Shown in pieces: positions 28,173 through 37,551 of a stretch of 64,000 nt of DNA (the first letter of the stretch is position 1; every line of letters starts with the position of its first letter). Under the pieces are notes generated by a model, which was given only the letters and a program-made list of their open reading frames with translations, was not told the DNA's origin and did no database searches. The position numbers were made by a program, and so were the translations under genes. The stretch is from an uncultured Collinsella sp. (GTDB taxonomy: Bacteria; Actinomycetota; Coriobacteriia; Coriobacteriales; Coriobacteriaceae). The stretch is taken from positions 2,965 through 66,964 of the forward strand of contig UQHO01000003.1 of NCBI GenBank assembly GCA_900540995.1. The letters are read 5' to 3'.

Positions 28173-29540
28173 CTAGCGGGGGACGTAGCGGCCGGGCTGG
28201 GCTCCGGTGGGCTCGCCGTCGCGTGCCGCCAGCACGCCGTTCACAAACACGGCCTTGGCGCGGCCATGTGCCTCAAAGCCCTCGAGCGGCGTGTAGTCCA
28301 CGGCCTGATGCTGTGTCGCGGCGCTGATCGTCCAACGCGCGCAAGGATCCCACACGCACACGTCGGCATCGGCACCCTCGGCAAGACAGCCCTTGCGCGG
28401 GTACATGCCAAACACGCGCGCCGGGTTCTCGCTCATCAAGCGGCAGAGGTCCTCGGGTCCCAGCTGTCCCTCAAAGCTCGTGGCAATCGCGACGGGACGA
28501 TGCTCCACGCCGGGCCCGCCGTTGGGAATCGCGCGGAAATCGTCGCGCCCGCGGTCCTTTTGCCCGTGCAGGTTAAAGCTGCAATGATCGGTCGCAATCG
28601 TATCGATCTCGCCGGCCACAAGCGCCTCGCGCAGCGCGGCACGGTCGCCGGCATGGCGCAGCGGCGGGCTCATCACGTACTTGGCGCCCGCAAAGCCGTC
28701 CTCGCCCTGCTCCAGATAGCAGGTGTCGTCGAGCATCAGATACTGAGGGCAGGTCTCGACATAGATATTCTTCTGCCCGCGCGCCTTGGCCGCACGAATG
28801 GCCTCGAGCCCCAACTTGGTCGAAAGGTGCACCACGTTGACTGGGGCGTCGCCGGCCAGGTGCGCCAGATACAGCAGGCGGCTCACGGCTTCGGCCTCAC
28901 ACACGTCCGGGCGGCTGAGCGCATGCCCCTCGGGCCCATGAATCCCCTGCTCGTACACGCGCTTCTGCAGCTCATTCACCAGCGTACCGTTCTCGCAATG
29001 CACGCACAGTATGCCGCCAATACGCTTGAGCTCCTCGAGCACCTCGAGCGTCTCGGCATCGTCCAGGCGCAAATGATCGTAGGCAAAGTAGGTCTTAAAC
29101 GACGATACGCCCGCCTCGCGCATAGCCGAAAGATCGGCGCGGTTGCGTTCATTCCACTCGGCGAGTGCCATATGAAAGGCGTAGTTGGCCGTGCAGGTTC
29201 CGTCGGCACGGCGATGCCACTCGGCCAAGGCATCGGGCATGGTCACGCCGCGGTCGGCCGTCGCGTAGTCCACGATGGTCGTCGTACCGCCGCAGGCAGC
29301 CGCACGCGTGCCGGTTTCAAAGCTATCGGCTGTCCAATCCATGCCGGTCCAGCACTGCATGTGCGTGTGGCCGTCGATAAAGCCGGGAAACACCCAGCAG
29401 CCCGCGGCGTCCTCGACGGTATCGTCGGCGCCCGGCTCAATCGCCGCGGCAATCCGCACGATCTTATCGCCCTCCATGGCAAGATCGGCGCGGCGAAGCC
29501 CCTGGGGCGTCACGAGCGCGCCGTTTTTGATGATGATCAT
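28173..29540 (-). CDS. Cyclic amidohydrolase (D-hydantoinase/dihydropyrimidinase, HyuA-like)
   Basis: A 455-aa protein with the metal-binding GFIDGHTH motif and a hydantoinase-like sequence. An AAGGAG RBS is present. Confidence 0.8.
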   Translation of the reverse strand: MIIIKNGALVTPQGLRRADLAMEGDKIVRIAAAIEPGADDTVEDAAGCWVFPGFIDGHTHMQCWTGMDWTADSFETGTRAAACGGTTTIVDYATADRGVTMPDALAEWHRRADGTCTANYAFHMALAEWNERNRADLSAMREAGVSSFKTYFAYDHLRLDDAETLEVLEELKRIGGILCVHCENGTLVNELQKRVYEQGIHGPEGHALSRPDVCEAEAVSRLLYLAHLAGDAPVNVVHLSTKLGLEAIRAAKARGQKNIYVETCPQYLMLDDTCYLEQGEDGFAGAKYVMSPPLRHAGDRAALREALVAGEIDTIATDHCSFNLHGQKDRGRDDFRAIPNGGPGVEHRPVAIATSFEGQLGPEDLCRLMSENPARVFGMYPRKGCLAEGADADVCVWDPCARWTISAATQHQAVDYTPLEGFEAHGRAKAVFVNGVLAARDGEPTGAQPGRYVPR

Positions 29541-29548
29541 GTTGCTCC

Positions 29549-30163
29549 TTATCGATTCATACAGTTGGCCACGCGATCAAAATACGAGCAGGCGGCAATA
29601 TGCTCCGCTATGCGTCGCTGTCCCTTGGCGGTATCGACATCCCACAGCTCGTAGGCACGCGCTTCGACCAGCGTGACGTCGACGCGACCTTTGAGAATCG
29701 AACCGCCGCCGTCCTTGCCCTCAAGACACATAAGTGCATCGAACAGTTCCGCCGGAAAGAGCACCGGACTCGAAGGCTCACCGCTGCACGCCAAGCGCAC
29801 CGGATGTTTGCGGCCACGCTCGTCAAACGCGTGAACCATGGCATCAAAAGAATCCGCGCTCACAAGCGGCTGGTCGCCCGGCAAAAAGAGGCAACCTTTC
29901 CAGTTGCGTTCGACTCCCCACGAAAGGCCCGCACGGACGCTTTCGCTGCGCAGCTCGCCATCGTGCAGCACGCACGGGCAATGCTTGTCCTCGCAAATCT
30001 GGGCGACCTCGGGCCAACGCGTCGAGACCACAACGTCAAAGCCCCGGGGAACCGAATCGATGGTCCGGGCAATCAGCGGCTCGCCATAGATATCGGCAAG
30101 CATCTTGTTAGAGCCAAACCGCTTGCCCTCGCCCGAGGCCATAATGACGCATCCAAGTTTCAT
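29549..30163 (-). CDS. MobA-like nucleotidyltransferase (molybdenum cofactor cytidylyltransferase MocA/YgfJ-like)
   Basis: N-terminal CVIMASGEGKRFG motif. The start was set at MKLG, which has a GGGGAGG RBS. Confidence 0.7.
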   Translation of the reverse strand: MKLGCVIMASGEGKRFGSNKMLADIYGEPLIARTIDSVPRGFDVVVSTRWPEVAQICEDKHCPCVLHDGELRSESVRAGLSWGVERNWKGCLFLPGDQPLVSADSFDAMVHAFDERGRKHPVRLACSGEPSSPVLFPAELFDALMCLEGKDGGGSILKGRVDVTLVEARAYELWDVDTAKGQRRIAEHIAACSYFDRVANCMNR

Positions 30164-30313
30164 GGTGATACCTCCCCTGAAACCATCGTACCCATAACTC
30201 GCGCCGCGGGCATCCACATCGAAAGCACTTATCCCGCACGCCCGCGATGCAAAAAAGGGGCACCCCGCCGATTGGCAGAGCGCCCCCTTTACATGGCTTA
30301 CCTCAACCCGGCT

Positions 30314-31516
30314 TTAGGCCTGGAGCCAACGAGCGGTGTTGCGCTCGTCGAGGGCCTTGAGGGTAGCGGCGGGATCGGCAACCTTCTGCAGGAACATCAT
30401 GGCAGCGATGGCGTACGGCTTGTAGCTGGCCTCCTTGTACATGCCCACGCGGTGCATGTCGAAGACGTCGGCGTTAACCTCGCCGTGCTCGCAGGAGACA
30501 CCGGAGATGTCGGCGGGCAGCGGGTGCATAAAGATGGTGTCCTGGCCGTTGGCAGTCTTCTCCATGAGCTCGGTCGTAGAGCACCAGTCCTGATGGGTGG
30601 CGTTCTGGGCGAGCAGCTCCTTCTCGAGCGCAGCGATGCCGGCGTCGTCGCCCTCGGCGTACAGGTTGGTACGCTTCTCCATGGCGGCAAACGGAGCCCA
30701 GCTCTTGGGGATCACGATGTCGGCGCCCTCGAAGGCCTCGGCCATGGTGTTGACCTGCTTAAAGGTGGTGCCGGACTCGGCGGCATAGCCCTTGGCGCGC
30801 TCGACGACCTCGGGCATGAGGTCGTAGCCCTCGGGGTGGGCCAGGGTGACGTCCATGCCAAAGCGGGGCAGCAGGCTGATCAGCGACTGCGGGCAGGACA
30901 GCGGCTTGCCGTAAGAGGGCGAATAGGCCCAGGTGACGGCAACCTTCTTGCCCTTGAGGTTCTCGAGGCCGCCAAACTCGTTGATGAGGTAGAGCATGTC
31001 GGCAGAGGACTGCGTGGGGTGATCGGAGTCGGACTGCAGGGAAATAAGCGTGGGACGGTGATCCAGAACGCCGTCCTCGTAGGCCTGCTGCACGGACTCG
31101 GAGACCTCGGCCATGTAGGCATCGCCCTTGCCGATGTACATGTCATCGCGGATGCCGATGACGTCGGCCATGAAGGAGATCATGGTAGCGGTCTCGCGGA
31201 CGGTCTCGCCGTGGGCGATCTGGGACTTCTTCTCGTCCAGGTCCTGCAGCTCAAGGCCGAGCAGGTTGGCGGCCTTAGAGAAAGAGAAGCGCGTACGGGT
31301 GGAGTTGTCGCGGAACAGGGAGACTGCCAGGCCCGAGTCGAAGATCTTGGACGAGACGTTGTTCTCGCGCAGCTCGCGCAGGGCGTCGGCGACGATGTAG
31401 AGCGCCTTGAGCTCGTCGGTGGTCTTGTCCCAAGTGTGCAGGAAGTCGCTACCGTACATACCCTTAAAATCGAGGCCGTTCAGCTGCTCGACGAGCTCGG
31501 TAAACTTAGCGTCCAT
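30314..31516 (-). CDS. YgeW-family knotted carbamoyltransferase
   Basis: STRTR and HPTQ carbamoyltransferase motifs. It is 400 aa from the MDAKFTELV start, compared with the 396-aa E. coli YgeW. The track ORF begins 186 nt upstream. Confidence 0.8.
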   Translation of the reverse strand: MDAKFTELVEQLNGLDFKGMYGSDFLHTWDKTTDELKALYIVADALRELRENNVSSKIFDSGLAVSLFRDNSTRTRFSFSKAANLLGLELQDLDEKKSQIAHGETVRETATMISFMADVIGIRDDMYIGKGDAYMAEVSESVQQAYEDGVLDHRPTLISLQSDSDHPTQSSADMLYLINEFGGLENLKGKKVAVTWAYSPSYGKPLSCPQSLISLLPRFGMDVTLAHPEGYDLMPEVVERAKGYAAESGTTFKQVNTMAEAFEGADIVIPKSWAPFAAMEKRTNLYAEGDDAGIAALEKELLAQNATHQDWCSTTELMEKTANGQDTIFMHPLPADISGVSCEHGEVNADVFDMHRVGMYKEASYKPYAIAAMMFLQKVADPAATLKALDERNTARWLQA

Positions 31517-31717
31517 GGAAATGTCCTTTCTAAAGATGAAACGATCGCAATGAGTAGATGTGCTCCGGCATGCGCGTGTGGCTAGAACATGCAGAGCACC
31601 ATGACGAGGACCCGCCACCGTTGAGGAAGCATGGGAGATAACGACCGCGGGCCCCAAGTCAACAGGGGGTGCCGGGGACACGAGCGTCCCCCGGCTCAAC
31701 AAAATCGAGGAATGGGA

Positions 31718-33103
31718 CTAATCGATCTTGTTGTTGGTCAGACCGGCACGGAACACGGTGGCGTCGCCATCGGCCTGGCTCGGATCGTAGAGGTTCAGGG
31801 CAGCCACATACATGGCGGCAGCGGTGACCAGGTCGTCCTTGTAGGTGACCTCGTTGGGAGCGTGAGCCTGAGACTCGGCACCCGGGCCAAAGCCCACGCA
31901 GGGGATGCCGTAGCGGCCCTGGATGGAGACGCAGTTCGTGGAGAAGGTCCACTTGTCGCACAGCGGGCGACCGGTGCGCTTGTCCATGCTGGGCTCGCAG
32001 CCGATGCGCTCGTCACCAAACATGGCCTTGTGGGCGTCGACGAGGGCCTTGACGTGCGGAGCGGTCTCCTTGTTGATCCACGTGGGGAAGTAAGCCTCGG
32101 TCTCGTAGACCTCGCCGGTCCAGGACGGACGGTCGTACATGTACATGGAGACCTTCACGTCGTCGCCGTACTTCTTGGCAGCCGGCAGGTTGCGGATCTC
32201 GTCCAGGCAGGACTCCCAGGTCTCGCCGGCGGTCATGCGACGGTCGATGGAGATGGCGCAGGAGTCGGCCACGGCGCAACGGCTGGGGCTGGTGTAGAAG
32301 ATCTGGCTGACGGTGCAGGTGCCGCGGCCCAGGAAGCGGGCATCCTCGAAGTGCTCGGGATTGTACTTGGGGTCGAGCATCTTGACGAGACCCTTGATGT
32401 CGGTCGACTCGTCGCAGCCGTTGTTGTTGAGGGCGCGGACGTCGGCGATGATGTCGGCCATCTTGTAGATGGCGTTGTCGCCGCGGTCGGGAGCGGAGCC
32501 GTGGCAGGAGGTGCCGTGAACGTCGACGCGGATCTCCATGCGGCCGCGGTGACCGCGGTAGATGCCGCCGTCGGTGGGCTCGGTGGAAATGACGAACTCG
32601 GGCTTAATGCCGTCCTTGTTGTAGATGTACTGCCAGCACATGCCGTCGCAGTCCTCTTCCTGGACGGTGCCGACGACCATGATCTTGTAGCCCTCGGGGA
32701 TGAGGCCCATGTCCTTCATCATCTTGGCAGCGTAGGTAGCAGAAGCCATGCCGCCCTCCTGGTCGGAGCCGCCGCGGCCGTAGATGATCTCGTCGGTCTC
32801 GTAGCCCTCATAGGGATCGGCGTCCCAGTTCTCGATGTTGCCGATGCCGACAGTGTCGATGTGGGAGTCGATGGCGATGATCTTGTCGCCCTCGCCCATA
32901 AAGCCCATGACGTTGCCCAGGCCGTCGACCTTGACCTCGTCATAGCCAAGGCTCTCCATCTCGGCCTTGATGCAAGCGACAACCTCGCCCTCCTCGCAGG
33001 ACTCAGAGGGATGGGAGATCATAGCGCGCAGGAAGCGAGTCATATCAGCACGATGGGACTCAGCAGCAGCCTTGATAGCGTCGAAATCGAGTTCTTTAGC
33101 CAT
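31718..33103 (-). CDS. M20 family peptidase, YgeY-like
   Basis: M20/ArgE/DapE motifs ([17 protein letters not shown]). It lies between the ygeW-like and dpaL-like genes. Confidence 0.75.
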   Translation of the reverse strand: MAKELDFDAIKAAAESHRADMTRFLRAMISHPSESCEEGEVVACIKAEMESLGYDEVKVDGLGNVMGFMGEGDKIIAIDSHIDTVGIGNIENWDADPYEGYETDEIIYGRGGSDQEGGMASATYAAKMMKDMGLIPEGYKIMVVGTVQEEDCDGMCWQYIYNKDGIKPEFVISTEPTDGGIYRGHRGRMEIRVDVHGTSCHGSAPDRGDNAIYKMADIIADVRALNNNGCDESTDIKGLVKMLDPKYNPEHFEDARFLGRGTCTVSQIFYTSPSRCAVADSCAISIDRRMTAGETWESCLDEIRNLPAAKKYGDDVKVSMYMYDRPSWTGEVYETEAYFPTWINKETAPHVKALVDAHKAMFGDERIGCEPSMDKRTGRPLCDKWTFSTNCVSIQGRYGIPCVGFGPGAESQAHAPNEVTYKDDLVTAAAMYVAALNLYDPSQADGDATVFRAGLTNNKID

Positions 33104-33177
33104 TGTTCATAACCTTTCAAACGAAGGAATCTACCTGTGAGGTGGCGGAGCGATACCTATTTACTCCGCCCCAACGA

Positions 33178-34392
33178 TTAGCAAGTGGGATATTCGCCTT
33201 CCCAAACAATGCGGCGATACTGGTCGGGATCGGTGTCGCCCTCGGTGGAGAAGCAGAGCACGGAGCTCGTCTTGTCCAGGCCGATGAGCTCCTTGAGCTC
33301 GGCGTACTCGGGATCGAGCATGATGGTCTCGACCAGGCCGGTGGTCACTGCGCCGGACTCGCCGGAGATGACGCGCGGGTCGCCCTTCTCGGGAGCGCCC
33401 AGGGTACGCATGCCGCGAGCGGTGACCCAGTCGGGGCAAGACACGAAGGCGGTGGTGTGGTTGCGCAGGATATCCCAGCCCAGGATGTTGGGCTCGCCGC
33501 AGCACAGGCCGGCCATGATGGAAGGCATGTCGCCGTCCACGATACGCGGATCGCCATCGCCGGCGGCAGCACCCTTGTACAGGCAGGCGGCAGGCGCGCA
33601 CTCGACCACAACAAAGGTCGGCGGGTTATCGGGATACAGGTTGGTGAAGTAGCCCACCACGGCGCCGGCCAGCGAGCCCACGCCAGCCTGGACAAAGACG
33701 TGCGTCGGGCGGTTGATGGCCATCTCGCGCAGCTGCTCGGCAGCCTCGGAAGCCATGGTGCCGTAGCCCTCCATGATCCAAGACGGGATCTTCTCGTAGC
33801 CCTCCCAGGCGGTGTCCTGAACGATAACGCCGCGCTCGCAGGCGTCGGCCTCGGCGGCCGCCATGCGCACGCACTCGTCGTAGTTGACCTCTTCGATGGT
33901 CACCGTGGCGCCCTCGGCGGCGATGTTATCGAAGCGGGGCTTGGTGGAACCCTTGGGCATGTGCACGACAGCCTTCTGGCCCAGCTTGTTGGCAGCCCAT
34001 GCCACGCCGCGGCCATGGTTGCCGTCGGTGGCGGTAAAGAAGGTAGCCTGGCCAAAGTCCTTGGCAAGCTGATCGGAAGTCAGGTAATCGAAGGTGCACT
34101 CGGCAACGTCCTTGCCGGTCTCGTCGGCAATGTAGTTGGCCATGGCAAACGAGCCGCCCAGGACCTTAAAGGCGTTGAGGCCAAAGCGATAGCTCTCGTC
34201 CTTAACGCACAGGTTGGACAGGCCCAGACGCGCGGCCTGGCCGTCCAGGCGGGCAAGCGGAGTGACGGTGTACTGGGGGAACGACTGGTGGAAGGCGCGG
34301 GCCTTCTTCACGTGGTCGAGACTCATGATTCCCAAGTGCTTGTCATCGCTCTTGGGCATCGTGTTGCTCGCCCACTGGATCTTATCGGCCAT
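33178..34392 (-). CDS. dpaL: Diaminopropionate ammonia-lyase (YgeX-like, PLP-dependent)
   Basis: A 404-aa PLP fold-type II protein with strong resemblance to DpaL/YgeX. An AAGGAG RBS is present. Confidence 0.8.
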   Translation of the reverse strand: MADKIQWASNTMPKSDDKHLGIMSLDHVKKARAFHQSFPQYTVTPLARLDGQAARLGLSNLCVKDESYRFGLNAFKVLGGSFAMANYIADETGKDVAECTFDYLTSDQLAKDFGQATFFTATDGNHGRGVAWAANKLGQKAVVHMPKGSTKPRFDNIAAEGATVTIEEVNYDECVRMAAAEADACERGVIVQDTAWEGYEKIPSWIMEGYGTMASEAAEQLREMAINRPTHVFVQAGVGSLAGAVVGYFTNLYPDNPPTFVVVECAPAACLYKGAAAGDGDPRIVDGDMPSIMAGLCCGEPNILGWDILRNHTTAFVSCPDWVTARGMRTLGAPEKGDPRVISGESGAVTTGLVETIMLDPEYAELKELIGLDKTSSVLCFSTEGDTDPDQYRRIVWEGEYPTC

Positions 34393-34669
34393 ACGGTGAA
34401 CTCCTTAGGTTCTCTCTTGCCGGCCCCCGCATACGCGTTTCAGCCCGATCCCATTCACACGGCTGAACTTTTATGTGGATGCCAAACAAAAAGTTTGTTA
34501 GTAATGTTCTATCACACTTTTTGATTGGCATACCTAACGAATTGTTTGTTGCCGTAATCGGTACTTTTTCGCCGCCGAACGGTCACATAACGCAGCGACG
34601 CTTTCGTTATTTGCGAACAGGTGTGGTTTATGGCACAGTGAGCCCAAACTAATTTTTAGGAAGGTACCC
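34393..34669. promoter_or_regulatory. Divergent promoter/operator region (dpaL operon and yheO-like regulator)
   Basis: A 277-bp AT-enriched intergenic region carrying the palindromes aacaaa-aag-tttgtt and ttcgttatttgcgaa. Confidence 0.35.
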
Positions 34670-35323
34670 ATGACCCCCGCACAGATTGAGTTTTACAAGC
34701 GCCTCGCACACGGCCTGGCGCTCCAATTTGGCCCCAACTGCGAAGTCGTCGTCCACGATCTGGAGACCGAGGACGTAGACCACTCCATCGTAGTGATCGA
34801 AAACGGCCACGTCAGCGGGCGCAAACTGGGTGACGGCCCCAGCCATATCGTGTTTGAGTCCATGCACGAGGGCGCCACCGATGTACACGACCGCGAGCCG
34901 TACCTCACTAAAACCACCGACGGTAAGCTGCTCAAGTCCTCGACGATCTTTATCCGCAACGATGAGGGCAAACCCGTCGGCATTTTGGGCATCAACTTTG
35001 ACATTACGCTTATGAAGGCTTTTGAGCGTTCGCTCGACGCCTTTACCGGCACCGGCGGCACGGGCTATACCGAGCCCGAGCCCATTACCAAGAACATCGG
35101 CGACCTGCTCGAGGACCTGCTGCACGAGTGCGAGCAGTTTGTGGGCAAGCCCGCGGCACTCATGACCAAAGACGAGCGCATTCGTGCCATTGGCTACCTC
35201 GACCGTCGCGGCGCCTTCCTCATTTCCAAGTCGAGCGAGCGCGCCTGCGAGTTCTTTGGCATCTCCAAATACAGCTTCTATAGCTACCTCAATGAGGCCA
35301 AGGCGGCGGCCGGCGACAAGTAG
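34670..35323 (+). CDS. YheO-like PAS-domain/HTH transcriptional regulator (DauR-like)
   Basis: A 217-aa YheO-family protein. It is a paralog of the 54958-55614 gene. Confidence 0.7.
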   Translation: MTPAQIEFYKRLAHGLALQFGPNCEVVVHDLETEDVDHSIVVIENGHVSGRKLGDGPSHIVFESMHEGATDVHDREPYLTKTTDGKLLKSSTIFIRNDEGKPVGILGINFDITLMKAFERSLDAFTGTGGTGYTEPEPITKNIGDLLEDLLHECEQFVGKPAALMTKDERIRAIGYLDRRGAFLISKSSERACEFFGISKYSFYSYLNEAKAAAGDK

Positions 35324-35446
35324 GCACTCGCCCGGATTGACCCTCCCCTTTTGGGCGCGAGTTCTGGAAAGCACGAATCCAAGACCGAGCCGCTTGGGAA
35401 GTTCCATATAATCGATGTCATTAATATTTCGAAAGGATGGAACAGA

Positions 35447-36433
35447 ATGGCGTTGAGCAAGGCATCATGCACCGGTCGCGGATTGATTCCGGCAATTGGT
35501 GGACATGTGCACCGCATGTTCGATGAGAGTGAAGACGACCTGTTTTCGCTGAGCCTTGACGACGTGATGAATGATCGCCCGTGGACCGCCGACGAACTCA
35601 TGGGCGGCGGGACTCGCCCGTCAAACCCCAATCCCGCACTTGCGCCTAAGACCGCATCTGCGCCGACTCCTGCGCAGTTGGCTGTTTCGACGCCCGCGCC
35701 TACGCCCGCACCCACTTCGGCGCCCACGACCGCTCCCCGCCCCGCAAGCGACCCGTCCGAGACCGCGGCATTTCTCGCTGCAGCGACGCAGGGCAAATCG
35801 GCCGACAGCACCGTTATGTACAGCGCCCAGCAGTTGCCTGTTCCTGCGGCACGCAAGCCTCCGATCGCAAGGCTCGACGAGCCCGTTGCCCATCAGGTTG
35901 CCTACGATTCCTGGGCCACAGCCGATCTGGATGAGACCTCTACCGGCATGCCGGCGCTCGACGTTCCAGTTAACCCGCTTTTTGCCACCAACACGAGCGC
36001 CGTGGACTATGAGGGCGGTGCAGCATATTCCGATTATTCCGATGACTATGCTGGCAATGGTCGCATCGAGACCGAGGGTTATGGCACCGCATCGAGCGAT
36101 TATCTCAACGATCCGTACGCTGCCACGCCTGCACCGGAATATGACCCGGAGGCCGCGTCCGCGCCGGCGTATACCAAAAGCACGGGCGAAGAGCGCTTCG
36201 CCGATTATTACGCCAAGGAAAAGGCGCTGCGTTTCTCGGAATTTCCGCAGGCAGTCAAGGTTGCCTTTATCGCCATTGTCATTGCCCTGCTCGGTGTCAT
36301 TGCGTTTGAGGGATTCCAGCTGTTCCGCGGCCCCACCCAAGCGGAGTCGGAAACCCAGCAAAAAGAGGACGATAACCAGTACCTGGACATCAACACCCTC
36401 AAGGGCGACCCCAACGACGAGGACGACGAGTAG
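35447..36433 (+). CDS. Hypothetical Pro/Ala/Thr-rich protein with a single C-terminal TM helix
   Basis: A short N-terminal domain, a PAPTPAPT low-complexity linker, a DY-rich segment, a VKVAFIAIVIALLGVIAF TM helix and an acidic tail. Confidence 0.5.
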   Translation: MALSKASCTGRGLIPAIGGHVHRMFDESEDDLFSLSLDDVMNDRPWTADELMGGGTRPSNPNPALAPKTASAPTPAQLAVSTPAPTPAPTSAPTTAPRPASDPSETAAFLAAATQGKSADSTVMYSAQQLPVPAARKPPIARLDEPVAHQVAYDSWATADLDETSTGMPALDVPVNPLFATNTSAVDYEGGAAYSDYSDDYAGNGRIETEGYGTASSDYLNDPYAATPAPEYDPEAASAPAYTKSTGEERFADYYAKEKALRFSEFPQAVKVAFIAIVIALLGVIAFEGFQLFRGPTQAESETQQKEDDNQYLDINTLKGDPNDEDDE

Positions 36434-36489
36434 CGAGGGCTGAAGGCGACCACAGGATCCCGCATCCAGCACCGGCTTCTAAGTGCTGT

Positions 36490-36590
36490 TTTGGCATCCA
36501 GCTACACTTTTCCGGATAATTTGCCTATCGAATTTGACACTTTTCCGAAGTTTTAAGGTGCCTATTTCGACACTTTTCCGGATGAAAGCC
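36490..36590. repeat. Three direct repeats of ~26 bp (ttgcctatNNatttgacacttttccg), spaced ~35-38 bp apart
   Basis: acacttttccgg occurs at about 36496, 36535 and 36569. The region is AT-rich. Confidence 0.6.
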
Positions 36591-36798
36591 GAATAATCAC
36601 TTGGGAAACTAACGCCGTTCACGCGTCATTTCGCAGGCGGCGTTTGATTTCCGTCCGTACACGCTGATAGACTTCCTCTTGCCCGCAAGCAGCGGGCGCG
36701 TTTTATCCAGAGTCGGGGTAGAGAGTTGGCTCCACGATCCCGACGCCAACCGGCCAAGAGGCACGGTGGCCCTGCCAATATCGATGAAAGGAGTCCGT

Positions 36799-37551
36799 AT
36801 GGACAATTTCTCCGTGCGCAGTGAGCGCAACTTCCACAACCTGGCAGCCAAGCCAAAACGAATGCATCTTCTGGACAAGCCGAACGGCTATGCCTCGGCC
36901 ATGGTCAAGAGCAGTCTCCCCCACCAGATGCGCTTTACCGTGCAGGCGCTCGAGAAAGAGCTCTACACCGCCGGCGACCCGCACGTACTGCAGATCAAGC
37001 TGCTTGGAGACGACTCGCGCGAGCTGTCTAGCTGGAAGCTGTTTGCCGACGGCACGTGCGTCGCAAGCGGTTCGGGTGACTTTGCCCGCGAGTGCTTCTG
37101 CGAGGGAGCTGAGGTGTTTCTGGACCTGTGTCGCGACGCCGTCGAGACTGCCGAGCTGTGCCAGTGGAGCGAGAGGGAGTACGAGCTGTTGGGTGCCGCG
37201 CGCGGGATTGCGGGGGGGTGTAGGAACAGAAGCCTCATGACGGTGGCCTCAGCTGGAATGACGTATCGCTCGATAAATGATCTCAACAACGTAGCCGATG
37301 CGCCGCATTTCACCTCAAAGGCATTGAGCGATCAGGAGGCGTCCAGCATTTCTTTGATATCCCCAATTGATTGTTCCGAGAAAGTCTCTTCATGTCCTTA
37401 TAATCGCCCTTACGAGAAACGTGGACGAGACAGGCGTCCATATGCCGTCTCTAAACTAACGAGCCGTTCGCGGAAAGAACATCTGGCTAGCATGGGCCAA
37501 AGATATACTGGTATCGCTGCAACAATTATGGAAGATCGGCACCACCAATGA
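36799..37551 (+). CDS. Hypothetical protein, translationally coupled to the downstream surface protein
   Basis: Long ORF starting at an ATG with an AAAGGAG RBS. The 3' third has low GC and may not be coding. Its TGA overlaps the next ATG. Confidence 0.4.
   Translation: MDNFSVRSERNFHNLAAKPKRMHLLDKPNGYASAMVKSSLPHQMRFTVQALEKELYTAGDPHVLQIKLLGDDSRELSSWKLFADGTCVASGSGDFARECFCEGAEVFLDLCRDAVETAELCQWSEREYELLGAARGIAGGCRNRSLMTVASAGMTYRSINDLNNVADAPHFTSKALSDQEASSISLISPIDCSEKVSSCPYNRPYEKRGRDRRPYAVSKLTSRSRKEHLASMGQRYTGIAATIMEDRHHQ

Noticed and set aside
36609-36984. Minus-strand ORFs (36609-36878, 36703-36984) overlapping the start of the 36799 hypothetical gene.
   Set aside because: They overlap a plus-strand ORF that has a strong AAAGGAG RBS and is translationally coupled to the surface-protein gene. 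They have no RBS and an Arg-rich composition typical of spurious GC-rich frames.
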